The position numbers and the translations under genes are program-made. Under the pieces are notes generated by a model. It did no database searches and had not been told where the DNA came from. It saw nothing but the letters and a program-made list of their open reading frames with translations. This document shows, piece after piece, positions 1 through 14,060 of a stretch of 64,000 nt of DNA. The DNA lies in assembly GCA_032718475.1 (NCBI GenBank), contig JAUCBJ010007556.1, positions 1 through 64,000 on the forward strand, in the 5' to 3' direction. This DNA comes from Nemertoderma westbladi. Taxonomy: Eukaryota > Animalia > Xenacoelomorpha. Position 1 is the stretch's first letter. Each line of letters opens with the position of its first letter.

Positions 1-929
1 AGGGAGTTGGTATCCTCGTATAGAGCAGTAGTCACGAGTTTTTCAAAGCCACGAAAGAACGGCTTTGTAGTGTTTTATGTTTTATGCTTTTTAGCTCAAC
101 ACTAGTAGGTTTAATTACAAGGACATATATCCTTTAACTGACTGATGATCATACGGACTGACCTGGCTGCAATTACGCATCAAACAACCTGGCTTTAAAC
201 TCTGTAAATATCAAAACAAACTGGCACGATTGATCTGTGAATACTGCATACTGCTATTTGTTGTCGGTTATTCATTATATTTGTTGATGAATTATTATAT
301 TGGAATAACGAGAAATAACCCCGACACCCAATATTCTTGATATACCGAAGGTAAGAGAGAAAGGTTACCAATAACGATTGTGACTTGTGTTAAAGTGGTT
401 TGAAGTGAATCTAATGTTATTTGATAGACCCTACATGAGTCAGCCTGTGTTCCTTTTATATGTGATTAAAATCAGTGAAGATTGGCAGATTAGTGTGCAG
501 CATTGTGCAGCATTGCGTATGAGCGAGTCTGTTAAAGAAGCAATTCCTAAAGAATGCGCCATATATGTGAATTATAATTAAGCCATATCGTTGTGAGTAG
601 TTTAAGTCATAACTCTGTTTATATAGATAAAGCGCCACGTCCTAAAGGAACTGTTAATATTCCCGAAGGTGAATAATATTGTCAGAGATTATATAATACT
701 GTCAGTCGAATAATACATTAGGCTTACATAGCAACAAAATTAAACCGTCGAACCCAATCTCCCGGGAATATCCAGCGGGTGAATGGTCGCGCACGGATTG
801 GTTTTGACTAGTGTAGTGAATCAAATACTTGTCATAGGCTAAAAAGCGATTTAATATCTAGAAGACATCTTAATTTGGCGGGTTAAACTGCCAAAGGTCT
901 GAAAGCGCGAACAATTTCATTAATTATAG

Positions 930-1026
930 AAAATTCCGGTTCCGGCCGGAATTCCGGCCGGAATATTCCGGCATGTTGAATTCCGGTTCCGGCCGGAATC
1001 AAAATATTGATTCCGGGACATCCCTA
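930..1026. mobile_element. Right terminus of a hAT-like non-autonomous DNA element (other end not seen)
   Basis: Ends in ...CCGGGACATCCCTA (reverse complement TAGGGATGTCCCGG, resembling the Ac-type hAT TIR TAGGGATG). Preceded by clustered palindromic subterminal repeats TTCCGGCCGGAA / TTCCGGTTCCGG. Confidence 0.5.
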
Positions 1027-1106
1027 ATTAAAGATATATCAATTTTAAAGAAATCGAGTGAACCTTGAACTTATTTTGCCTTAGAAATGCAAATAAAACA
1101 ATAAGT

Positions 1107-4100
1107 ACTATTTACACAGCATTGGTAACTATTTACTCACCGTTGGTAACTACTCACCTTTGGTAACCATTTACTCACCTTTGGTAACTATTTACTCACC
1201 TTTGGTAACTATTTACTCACCTTTGGTAACTATTTACTCATCTTTGGTAACTATTTACTCACCTTTGGTAACTATTTACTAACCTTTGGTAAATTTATTC
1301 ACCTTTGGTAACTATTTACTCACCTTTGGTAACTACTCACCTTTGGTAACAACTATTTACTAACCTTTGGTAAATATTTACTAACCTTTGAACTATTTAC
1401 TCACCTTTGGTAACAACTAGTTACTAACCTTTGGTTGGTAACTATTTATTTCTTGGTAACTATTTACTCACCTTTGGTAACTATTTACGCACCTTTGGTA
1501 ACTATTTACTCACCTTTGGTAACTATTTACTCACCTTTGGTAACTATTTACTCATATTTGGTAACTATTTACTCACCTTTGGTAACTATTTACTAACCTT
1601 TGGTAAATTTATTCACCTTTGGTAACTATTTACGCACCTTTGGTAACTATTTACTCACCTTTGGTAACTATTTACTCACCTTTGGTAACTATTTACTCCC
1701 TTTGGTAACTATTTACTCACCTTTGGTAACTACTCACCTTTGGTAACTATTTATTTCTTGGTAACTATTTACTCACCTTTGGTAACTATTTACTCACCTT
1801 TGGTAACTATTTACTCACCTTTGGTAACTACTCACCTTTGGTAACTATTTACTCACCTTTGGTAACTACTCACCTTTGGTAACTATTTACTCACCTTTGG
1901 TAACTAATTACACAGCATTGGTAACTATTTACTCACCTTTGGTAACTATTTACACAGCATTGGTAACTATTTAGTCACCTTTGGTAACTATTTACTCACC
2001 TTTGGTAACTATTTACTCACCTTTGGTAATTATTTACTCACCTTTGGTAACTACTCACCTTTGGTAACTATTTACTCACCTTTGGTAACTATTTACACAG
2101 CATTGGTAACTATTTACTCACCTTTGGTAACTATTTACTCACCTTTGGTAACTATTTACTCACCTTTGGTAACTATTTACTCACCTTTGGTAACTATTTA
2201 ATCACCTTTGGTAACTATTTACTCACCTTTGGTAACTACTCACCTTTGGTAACTATTTACTCACCTTTGGTAACTACTCACCTTTGGTAACTATTTACTC
2301 ACCTTTGGTAACTACTCACCTTTGGTAACTATTTACTCACCTTTGGTAACTATTTACACAGCATTGGTAACTATTTACTCACCTTTGGTAACTATTTACA
2401 CAGCAATGGTAACTATTCACTCACCTTTGGTAACTATTTACTCACCTTTGGTAACTATTTACTCACCTTTGGTAACTACTCACCTTTGGTAACTATTTAC
2501 TCACCTTTGGTAACTATTTACACAGCATTGGTAACTATTTACTCACCTTTGGTAGCTATTTACTCACCTTTGGTAACTATTTACTCACCTTTGGAAACTA
2601 CTCACCTTTGGTAACTATTTACTCACCTTTGGTAACTACTCATCTCTGGTAACTATTTACTCACCTTTGGTAACTACTCACCTTTGGTAACTATTTACTC
2701 ACCTTTGGAAACTACTCACCTTTGGCAACTATTTACTCACCTTTGGTAACTACTCACCTTTGGTAACTATTTACTCACCTTTGGTAACTATTTATTCACC
2801 TTTGGAAACTACTCACCTTTGGTAACTATTTACTCACCTTTGGTAACTATTTACTCACCTTTGGTAACTGCTCACCTTTAGTAACAACTATTTACTAACC
2901 TTTGGTAAATATTTACTAACCTTTGAACTATTTACTCACCTTTGGTAACAACTATTTTCTAACCTTTGGTAAATATTTACTAACCTTTGGTTGGTAACTA
3001 TTTACTCACCTTTGGTAACTATTTACTCACCTTTGGTAACTATTTACTCACCTTTGGTAACTATTTACTCACCTTTGGTAACTATTTACTCACCTTTGGT
3101 AACTATTTACTCACCTTTGGTAACTATTTACTCACCTTTGGTAACTATTTACTCACCTTTGGTAACTATTTACTCACCTTTGGTAACTATTTACTCACCT
3201 TTGGTAACTATTTACTCACCTTTGGTAACTATTTACTCACCTTTGGTAACTATTTACTCACTTTTGGTAACTATTTACTCACCTTTGGTAACTACTCACC
3301 TTTGGTGACTATTTACTCACCTTTGGTAACTATTTACTCACCTTTGGTAACTATTTACTCACCTTTGGTAACTATTTACTCACCTTTGGTAACTACTCAC
3401 GTTTGGTAACTATTTACTCACCTTTGGTAACTATTTACACAGCATTGGTAACTATTTACTCACCTTTGGTAACTATTTACTCACCTTTGGTAACTATTTA
3501 CTCACCTTTGGTAACTACTCACCTTTGGTAACTATTTACTCACCTTTGGTAACTACTCACCTTTGGTAACTATTTACTCACCTTTGGTAACTACTCACCT
3601 TTGGTAACTATTTACTCACCTTTGGTAACTATTTACTCACATTTGGAAACTACTCACCTTTGGTAACTATTTACTCACCTTTGGTAACTACTCACCTTTG
3701 GTAACTATTTACTCACCTTTGGTAACTATTTACTCACCTTTGGTAACTATTTACTCACCTTTGGTAACTATTTACTCACCTTTGGTAACTACTCACCTTT
3801 GGTAACTATTTACTCACCTTTGGTAACTACTCACCTTTGGTAACTATTTACTCACCTTTGGTAACTACTCACCTTTGGTAACTATTTACTCACCTTTGGT
3901 AACTATTTACTCACATTTGGAAACTACTCACCTTTGGTAACTATTTACTCACCTTTGATAACTATTTACTCACCTTTGGTAACTATTTACTCACCTTTGG
4001 TAACTACTCATCTCTGGTAACTATTTACTCACCTTTGGTAACTACTCACCTTTGGTAACTATTTACTCACCTTTGGAAACTACTCACCTTTGGTAACTAT

Positions 4101-7100
4101 TTACTCACCTTTGGAAACTACTCACCTTTGGTAACTATTTACTCACCTTTGGTAACTACTCATCTCTGGTAACTATTTACTCACCTTTGGTAACTACTCA
4201 CCTTTGGTAACTATTTACTCACCTTTGGAAACTACTCACCTTTGGTAACTATTTACTCACCTTTGGTAACTATTTACTCACCTTTGGTAACTATTTACTC
4301 ACCTTTGGTAACTATTTATTCACCTTTGGAAACTACTCACCTTTGGTAACTATTTACTCACCTTTTGGTAACTATTTACTCACCTTTGGTAACTACTCAC
4401 CTTTAGTAACAACTATTTACTAACCTTTGGTAAATATTTACTAACCTTTGATGCTTTGAACTATTTACTCACCTTTGGTAACAACTACTTTCTAACCTTT
4501 GGTAAATATTTACTAACCTTTGGTTGGTAACTATTTACTCACCTTTGGTAACTATTTACTCACCTTTGGTAACTATTTACTCACCTTTGGTAACTACTCA
4601 TCTCTGGTAACTATTTACTCACCTTTGGTAACTACTCACCTTTGGTAACTATTTACTCACCTTTGGTAACTATTTACTCACCTTTGGTAACTATTTACTC
4701 ACCTTTGGTAACTATTTACTCACCTTTGGTTGGTAACTATTTACTCACCTTTGGTTGGTAACTATTTACTCACCTTTGGTAAATATTTACTAACCTTTGG
4801 TTGGTAACTATTTACTCACCTTTGGTAACTATTTAATTTACTCACCTTTGGTAACTATTTACTCACCTTTGGTAACTATTTACTCACCTTTGGTAACTAT
4901 TTACTCACCTTTGGTAACTATTTACTCACCTTTGGTAACTATTTACTCACCTTTGGTAACTATTTACTCACCTTTGGTAACTATTTACTCACCTTTGGTA
5001 ACTATTTACTCACATTTGGTAACTATTTACTCACCTTTGGTAACTACTCACCTTTGGTAACTATTTACTCACCTTTGGTAACTATTTACTCACCTTTGGT
5101 AACTATTTACTCACCTTTGGTAACTATTTACTCACCTTTGGTAACTATTTACTCACCTTTGGTAACTATTTACTCACTTTTGGTAACTATTTACTCACCT
5201 TTGGTAACTACTCACCTTTGGTAACTATTTACTCACCTTTGGTAACTATTTACTCACCTTTGGTAACTATTTACTCACCTTTGGTAACTATTTACTCACC
5301 TTTGGTAACTATTTACTCACCTTTGGTAACTATTTACTCACCTTTGGTAACTATTTACTCACCTTTGGTAACTACTCACCTTTGGTAACTATTTACTCAC
5401 CTTTGGTAACTATTTACACAGCATTGGTAACTATTTACTCACCTTTGGTAACTATTTACTCACCTTTGGTAACTATTTACTCACATTTGGAAACTACTCA
5501 CCTTTGGTAACTATTTACTCACCTTTGGTAACTATTTACTCACCTTTGGTAACTATTTACTCACCTTTGGTAACTACTCATCTCTGGTAACTATTTACTC
5601 ACCTTTGGTAACTACTCACCTTTGGTAACTATTTACTCACCTTTGGAAACTACTCACCTTTGTTAACTATTTACTCACCTTTGGTAACTACTCACCTTTG
5701 GTAACTATTTACTCACCTTTGGTAACTATTTATTCACCTTTGGAAACTATTTACTAACCTTTGGTAACTACTCACCTTTGGTAACTATTTACTCACCTTT
5801 GGTAACTATTTACTCACCTTTGGTAACTATTTACTCACCTTTTTTTTTTTTGGTTTAAGTTACTAGTTTATTATATAATTTGCACAATATCAGCATAACT
5901 CTATCAGCATTTACTCACCTTTGGTAACTACTCACCTTTGGTAACTATATACTCACCTTTGGTAACTATTTACTCACCTTTGGTAACTATTTATTCACCT
6001 TTGGAAACTACTCACCTTTGGTAACTATTTACTCACCTTTGGTAACTACTCACCTTTGGTAACAACTATTTACTAACCTTTGGTAACTATTTATTCACCT
6101 TTGGAAACTATTTACTAACCTTTGGTAACTACTCACCTTTGGTAACTATTTACTCACCTTTGGTAACTACTCACCTTTGGTAACAACTATTTACTCACCT
6201 TTGGTAACTATTTATTCACCTTTGGAAACTATTTACTAACCTTTGGTAACTACTCACCTTTGGTAACTATTTACTCACCTTTGGAAACTACTCACCTTTG
6301 GTAACTATTTACTCACCTTTGGTAACTACTCACCTTTGGTAACTATTTACTCACCTTTGGTAACTATTTATTCACCTTTGGAAACTATTTACTAACCTTT
6401 GGTAACTACTCACCTTTGGTAACTATTTACTCACCTTTGGTAACTATTTACTCACCTTTGGTAACTATTTACTCACCTTTGGTAACTACTCACCTTTGGT
6501 AACTATTTACTCACCTTTGGTAACTATTTACTCACCTTTGGTAACTATTTACTCACATTTGGAAACTACTCACCTTTGGTAACTATTTACTCACCTTTGG
6601 TAACTATTTACTCACCTTTGGTAACTATTTACTCACCTTTGGTAACTACTCATCTCTGGTAACTATTTACTCACCTTTGGTAACTATTTACTCATCTTTG
6701 GTAACTATTTACTCACCTTTGGTAACTATTTACTCACCTTTGGTAACTACTCACCTTTGGTAACTATTTACTCACCTTTGGTAACTATTTATTTCTTGGT
6801 AACTATTTACTCACCTTTGGTAACTATTTACGCACCTTTGGTAACTATTTACTCACTTTTGGTAATTATTTACTCACCTTTGGAAACTACTCACCTTTGG
6901 TAACTATTTACTCACCTTTGGTAACTACTCACCTTTGGTAACTATTTACTCACCTTTGGTAACTATTTATTCACCTTTGGAAACTATTTACTAACCTTTG
7001 GTAACTACTCACCTTTGGTAACTATTTACTCACCTTTGGTAACTATTTACTCACCTTTGGTAACTATTTACTCACCTTTGGTAACTATTTACTCACCTTT

Positions 7101-9233
7101 GGTAACTACTCACCTTTGGTAACTATTTACTCACCTTTGGTAACTATTTACTCACCTTTGGTAACTATTTATTCACCTTTGGAAACTACTCACCTTTGGT
7201 AACTATTTACTCACCTTTGGTAACTACTCACCTTTGGTAACAACTATTTACTAACCTTTGGCAAATATTTACTAACCTTTGAACTATTTACTCACCTTTG
7301 GTAACAACTATTTACTAACCTTTGGTAAATATTTACTAACCTTTGGTTGGTAACTATTTATTTCTTGGTAACTATTTACTCACCTTTGGTAACTACTCAC
7401 CTTTGGTAACTATTTACTCACCTTTGGTAACTACTCACCTTTGGTAACTATTTACTCACCTTTGGTAACTATTTACACAGCATTGGTAACTATTTACTCA
7501 CCTTTGGTAACTATTTACACAGCATTGGTAACTATTTACTCACCTTTGGTAACTATTTACTCACCTTTGGTAACTATTTACTCACCTTTGGTAACTATTT
7601 ACTCACCTTTGGTAACTACTCACCTTTTGTAACTATTTACTCACCTTTGGTAACTATTTACATAGCATTGGTAACTATTTACTCACCTTTGGTAACTACT
7701 CACCTTTGGTAACTATTTACTCACCTTTGGAAACTACTCACCTTTGGTAACTATTTACTCACCTTTGGTAACTACTTACTCACCTTTGGTAACTATTTAC
7801 TCACCTTTGGTAACTATTTACTCATCTTTGGTAACTACTCACCTTTGGTAACTATTTACTCACCTTTGGAAACTACTCACCTTTGGTAACTATTTACTCA
7901 CCTTTGGTAACTATTTACTCACCTTTGGAAACTACTCACCTTTGGTAACTATTTACTCACCTTTGGTAACTACTTACTCACCTTTGGTAACTACTCATCT
8001 CTGGTAACTATTTACTCACCTTTGGTAACTACTCACCTTTGGTAACTATTTACTCACCTTTGGAAACTACTCACCTTTGGTAACTATTTACTCACCTTTG
8101 GTAACTATTTACTCACCTTTGGTAACTACTCACCTTTGGTAACTATTCACTCACCTTTGGAAACTACTCACCTTTGGTAACTATTTACTCACCTTTGGTA
8201 ACTACTCACCTTTGGTAACTATTTACTCACCTTTGGTAACTATTTATTCACCTTTGGAAACTACTCACCTTTGGTAACTATTTACTCACCTTTGGTAACT
8301 ACTCACCTTTGGTAACAACTATTTACTAACCTTTGGTAAATATTTACTAACCTTTGAACTATTTACTCACCTTTGGTAACAACTATTTACTAACCTTTGG
8401 TAAATATTTACTAACCTTTGGTTGGTAACTATTTATTTCTTGGTAACTATTTACTCACCTTTGGTAACTATTTACTCACCTTTGGTAACTATTTACTCAC
8501 CTTTGGTAACTATTTACTCACCTTTGGTAACTATTTACTCGCCTTTGGTAACTACTCACCTTTGGTAACTATTTACTCACCTTTGGTAACTACTCACCTT
8601 TGGTAACTATTTACTCACCTTTGGTAACTATTTACACAGCATTGGTAACTATTTACTCACCTTTGGTAACTATTTACTAACCTTTGGTAACTATTTACTC
8701 ACCTTTGGTAACTATTTACTCACCTTTGGTAACTATTTACCAACCTTTGGTAACTATTTACTCACCTTTGGTAACTATTTATTTCTTGGTAACTATTTAC
8801 TAACCTTTGGTAACTATTTACTAACCTTTGGTAACTATTTACTCACCTTTGGAAACTATTTCCTCACCTTTGGTAACTATTTACTCACCTTTGGTAACTA
8901 TTTATTTCTTGGTAACTATTTACTAACCTTTGGTAACTATTTACTAACCTTTGGTAACTATTTACTCACCTTTGGTAACTATTTACTCACCTTTGGTAAC
9001 TACTCACCTTTGGTAACTATTTACTCACCTTTGGTAACTATTTACTCACCTTTGGTAACTATTTATTTCTTGGTAACTATTTACTAACCTTTGATAACTA
9101 TTTACTAACCTTTGGTAACTATTTACTCACCTTTGGTAACTATTTACTCACCTTTGGTAACTACTCACCTTTGGTAACTATTTACTCACCTTTGGTAACT
9201 ATTTACTCACCTTTGGTAACTATTTACTCACCC
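1107..9233. repeat. Satellite 1: ~8.1-kb tandem array, 21-bp unit TTGGTAACTATTTACTCACCT with a frequent 17-bp variant TTGGTAACTACTCACCT, roughly 400 copies, inside intron 3 of the CDKL gene
   Basis: Directly visible tandem units. Recurrent variants include ...TTTACACAGCATTGG, ...ACTAACC and ...GGAAACT. The right end merges with the exon-3 donor at 9231. Confidence 0.98.
5840..5908 (-). mobile_element. Short 5'-truncated retroposed 3' end (poly-A tailed) inserted in satellite 1
   Basis: T12 run at 5840-5851 (poly-A on minus), TTTATT at 5867-5872 (AATAAA on minus) and ~60 bp of unique sequence. ATTTACTCACCTT occurs on both sides, and the right copy lacks the usual GGTAACT, consistent with a TSD. 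Confidence 0.7.
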
Positions 9234-9364
9234 TTAGTAACGAGACAGTTTTCCAACTTTATATCACAATGAATGACGTCATTAAGGTGACACCAATGAA
9301 CGGCCTTTACCAGCTGATACAGAAGGTTAACTATTTGATGGTGATGTAATCCAGTTTGGCAATC
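9232..9364 (-). CDS. CDKL5: CDKL5-like kinase, coding exon 3 (DCQTGLHHHQIVNLLYQLVKAVHWCHLNDVIHCDIKLENCLVTK)
   Basis: tag|GAT acceptor at 9365/9364 and AGG|gtgagt donor at 9232/9231. Phase 0 matches exon 2. YQLVKAVHWCH..DVIH.DIK.EN matches the CDKL5 alphaE/catalytic-loop region. Not in the ORF track. Confidence 0.85.
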
Positions 9365-10689
9365 CTAATCAAAAAATTGGGATATAAAATGCATAAAATG
9401 CATGGGATATAGTAAATAGAGCCCTGGGACCAACATCTAAACGTGAATTACGCTATGGCCGGTTTCTCTGTGTATTTCGGAAACAATATTAGTCGGAAGC
9501 TAATACAACAGCCATAATATAATAATAACTGTTGGTTGAATTGGCTTGCAGTTTTTCTGCACGAAAGCCCCACTCGTGTTCGATTCATAGCAACAAACAA
9601 AAATATATATAAATTATCTACTTATATAGAAGTTCATTACCTATTGTAGCCCAGGTACTAACTTAGGTAGTAACGGTAAGTTGAGAAGGGTTGGGGGGGG
9701 GGGGGGGGGGGTTATGATACACTTTGTGTCAAATAGAGGGAACGATTGCTCGTTAGAACCGTCGGCACAAAGATAAAATTAGGTAAAGTTTTAGTGTTCA
9801 TGAAAAGTACGGCGTAACTGAAATAATAAAAGTTACAGCGGGAGTAAAACCAAGAAAACAGAGAAAATAACTAATACAAAGTTATTCGCACGTCGTAAAG
9901 CGAGGTGTTATTTTGCACTTCACAACTTTAGTGGACATTACAGCATTGTATTGGCCTGTACATTTAGTATTGTATTGGTGTTGTAATGTCCCTTGTTTAT
10001 GTGGTGACCAATGACGGCGAGCTGTATAGTTACGTTTACCTTATAGTTTCATTTAACTTATAGTTAAGTATGGTTACCACGTAAACAATAGGTGGTATTT
10101 ATAATTAATTGCCTGACAGCCAGATAGGCCGACTGCATTACCTACCGGTAAGCGGGGTATAGCTATTAATAACCAGTAGGGCCTAGCTATATTATTATAA
10201 CATGGCTCCAAACGCCACCATAAATATAAGCTAACTTATTTATAACATAATTTTATGTCATTTTTACAAATATTTATACAGAAACTAATATAATTGGTGC
10301 AGTTTCTAGCACTTATAATGTATATGTAAAATCATTTCGTAATGTTAAAATTTGGGAATAAAACTACATACCGGTACATACTTGTTGCAAAGTACTTTAC
10401 AGTGTTCTGATCCTCGTGGCTTTATTTTCACTCACTCACTAACGTTCGTTCGTATAACAAAGCCACTCGGATCATCACACTGTAAAGTGCTACTTTACAC
10501 ACAAGTACCCAAGTACCGGTATGTAAATAGTTATTACAATAATGAGGTGTTTTACTAAAGGGGCGGGCGAGCTGTAGATGAGGTGAGAAGCTGGGAGGTT
10601 GTGTAAAAAAACAGGAGATGCAAAGGCTTATTTTAACTAAAACATCAACAGACCAATGCCGTAAACCTTTGTTTATCATAAATATTTAC

Positions 10690-10886
10690 CTGCATCAGAC
10701 CCAGTAAATTACGCGGAATATATTCGAACACAAGATAAAGTTTCCCTTTTCGTCGAAATGCTTCCTTTAAATCAACTATGTTACAATGTCTCAACTCCCG
10801 TAACAGCTTCAATTCCTTCAATGTCTTCTCCCGAATCTTATCATTATCATCGCTCTCCTTAAATTTCTTCACCGCAACGATTTCAT
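10690..10886 (-). CDS. CDKL5: CDKL5-like kinase, coding exon 2 ([65 protein letters not shown])
   Basis: ttcag|AT acceptor and CAG|gtaaat donor, with phases consistent with exons 1 and 3. Contains VAVKKFK, the alphaC Glu and the CDKL5-type [17 protein letters not shown] segment. Confidence 0.9.
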
Positions 10887-11173
10887 CTGAATATAATTAT
10901 TTATTATTTACGACTTATTTTATTAGTTTCGGTTACCGGAATAACGGGGCATCTTTAAATAATTATACTTATCTAATCATATATATCGGTAACCATTATA
11001 ATATTACCAATTATCTGTACCGGTATTTTAAGATCCAATATAATGTATAAATAAATGGGTGGAGCTGGTAATTACTGAATAAACCTCACATAGATCCCCT
11101 CCGCAACGCACAGGTTTATAGGTACTGAGGTAGGGTACCGGTACCGACAAAACCACGGGGTACCGGTAATTCA

Positions 11174-11323
<150 letters not shown>

Positions 11324-12589
11324 CTAATCCTACCGGTCAGACTGACAGACGGTACCGGTAGGTATGTGATTTGTTAAACAATAATAATCTTGTTACCAGA
11401 CCAGTCAACCAATACTCTGTCAGCAGAGTTTTATAAGAATATGCTTGCTGCAGGGCTGCAGCTCTAACTAGCCCTGTAGCCTAGTCCAGTAGTCAGCTAG
11501 TCTATAGTTCACCTAGCTACCGGTTGGAAACACTTATACCTTTACTATTACTATCTATGACAGTTAGCGAGTTAGGTGAGGTCGAGGTGTTCTCTCTTCT
11601 CTCCAGGCCAGGCTGTAAAATTTACTAAATACAGAAATAAGAGCTCAATCAGAGCAAAAATTAAACTAATCAGTAGGCCAGGCCCCTATTTGCTATAATA
11701 CCGGTATATCTGGCACTGGTGATACTCTGCTATAGAATTTCAGTAATTGCAAATTGTTTTGGTTCGTTGGCATAACTTCTGAAAGTGCACAGCAGCGGCA
11801 ATTCACAGCAGCAGAGCTGCACAGAGCTGGGCCGGGTGCGCCTGGGAATAGTAGGCCTATTTCAAAATTTGGACTTAAAGTCAAATTTTAGACTTCAAGT
11901 CCAAATTTGGACTCCAAAGTCCAATATTGGACTTTAGTACAACTCCAAGAGTACCCATGCTGGCATACTGTATGTATATTGGTATTTAAATCAAAACTGC
12001 ATCCCGCATCAGTCAGTACATACATATTACATAATTACAATGCAACATTATTTTAATGATCAAATTAATTATTATAAGTACCGGTATTATAAGCAGGGAT
12101 CGCACACGTACAGTCAGACAGTAGTTACTTTTTGCGGTAGTGGTATGGCTTTGTGGTAGCCTTACTGCCTTAGTGGTGTATACCGCGGTAGTTGAGTTAT
12201 AGCTGTATACTGGTATAGTTCATTCATACCCATACCTGTGCAGCTGTGGTATTTTCGTATGGCAAAAATAAGACTACTGTAAACTGTAACCTATTACTGT
12301 ATTATGTTATTGAGTTAATGTTTATTGACTAATTGTTTTGATTAGGTTCTCTGTGTCAAGTACAATGCACTGCACACATCTCCAACCGGTCAGCCGGTTA
12401 TCGTTCATATGCGTACCTCTGGCAAAAGAAGCAGGTTACAGTGGTGGTGTTTTCTAACCAAAACAATAAACTAATCTCCATTACTTAATTAACGGAAAGG
12501 AGCAGGTTACAGTGGTGGGTTTTTCTAACCAAAACAATAAACAATATGGTACGCATAGGTACCCATATGAACTATAACTCTCCAACCAG

Positions 12590-12880
12590 ACACTATATAA
12601 CATTGGAGTTGGAGGTGTCTCATTGGTTCCCCCAAGCTTGACAGCTTGACACTAGAACAAAGCCGCCTCCGCTTTGCAGGACATTGCTTTCGCCATGAGG
12701 ACCAGCCAGTGCACCTCATGGAGTAAATAAGCATGGTGGACAGCCCAGACTTTGTTGAGACGCATCTTTCTTAGTGTTTTAAAGGACACGGGCCTTGAAG
12801 ATGCGGATGATCTAGAAAATGTCATGGGTGATAAGGCCTGACAGCCTGAAAGCTGTAAGGGAGTTGTGGAGGCGCAATTT
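12590..12880 (+). mobile_element. Decayed 3' fragment of an RTE-like LINE
   Basis: Translates in part to LEQSRLRFAGHCFRHEDQPVHL, the R-L-R-F-A-G-H-C-x-R C-terminal motif of RTE-type ORF2. Broken by frameshifts. Confidence 0.5.
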
Positions 12881-14060
12881 TGTCAACAAGCAGGCACAGC
12901 ATTCTTAATAGGGCCTATATATATAATGCAGCTGCAATGCAGCATGCCGACAGTAGTAGTAGTTGGTTAGAAAAGCCCGCTTCTGATGTATAAGCACATA
13001 CCCTATGTGGTGATAGGGCTCCTTCAGCTTCAATACTGCAATAGGTAAAGTCAAAAGTGGCCGTTTATTGTGTTAGTTAGAAAAGCCTGCCTCTGCAACC
13101 TGTTCCTTTCCCTCAATTGGTTTATGACGTGTGTTACTTCTGTACTTATTAAGTGGAGACCCCAACACGTTAATCAGTTAATCCCCTTTCACTATCCAGC
13201 CGTTTTAAAATACCCTTCCTGTTGTATGGAAAAATTAGAAGATATGGTGCAGTGGTGGTAGCATCAACTTGTAGTAGGCCTATTTCTTTCTGATAGGGCT
13301 CCCATAGGCTTAGACGAAATCGTAGCTTGTACTGTAGTTAGTCTTAGCAGCAGCTGCAGTTGGCAAACCTGGCATTGCTACCAGTTTCCACCAAATATAA
13401 TTTGTAATTGAATATTTGTTGGAGCATAATCTAATCTAGTCCTAAAGACTCCTAAAGTCCTGGGTACATAATGCTCTGTAACTGTAAGGTTAGACATAAC
13501 ATGAATGTAAACTAAACAATATGCTAAAAGTAAAGTACAAAGTACCTAGAATGCTAGAATGTAGGCCTACCATTCTGCCATTATATTCTAAGTACAGTAC
13601 ACTGAAGATACATAGCCTACACCTATAGAGCTGCAAATGTAACTTTCCATAACTTAATAGCTGTCTGGCTGTCTCTCATATGTCATGCTTCAGCTTCATG
13701 TACTGTCTGACGTACGTCTGTCTGTCTGTACGTGCTGCATGAAGGTCTTAAACGTTTCAACTGATTGTTTCAGTATCTCACATACTGCGCAAAGGTCTCT
13801 TAAAACGTTTCAATGGATTGATTCAGTATCAAAAAGTCAAACGTGCTGCACGAAGTCTTCTAAACATGTTCAATTACCAGCACAACATATTATTCAGTCT
13901 GTCAGTGTCATGCGCGAATCGGCGAATGCCAGAGTGCATCACCATTGTCATCCTGGTTTCGTTTTCTTCACGTTTTTTAGGTGGATTTAGTTGGGTAGCT
14001 AGCAGTTCAGACTTCACTTCACATTCTAATAATATTTATTAACATTCTACAATTCTTCAG

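Noticed and set aside
1-1100. Next CDKL exon (DFG motif)
   Set aside because: I found no DFG-coding segment on the minus strand. The region looks intronic or transposon-derived, so exon 4 is probably left of the window.
1107-9233. CRISPR-like array or the repetitive ORFs (GNYLLTF / VTIYSPL) in satellite 1
   Set aside because: Units are head-to-tail with no unique spacers, there are no cas genes, and the context is eukaryotic. The ORFs arise simply because 21 is a multiple of 3.
9530-9600. Possible tRNA/SINE (TGGTTGAATTGG ... GTTCGATTC)
   Set aside because: Only degenerate boxes, with no convincing cloverleaf stems.
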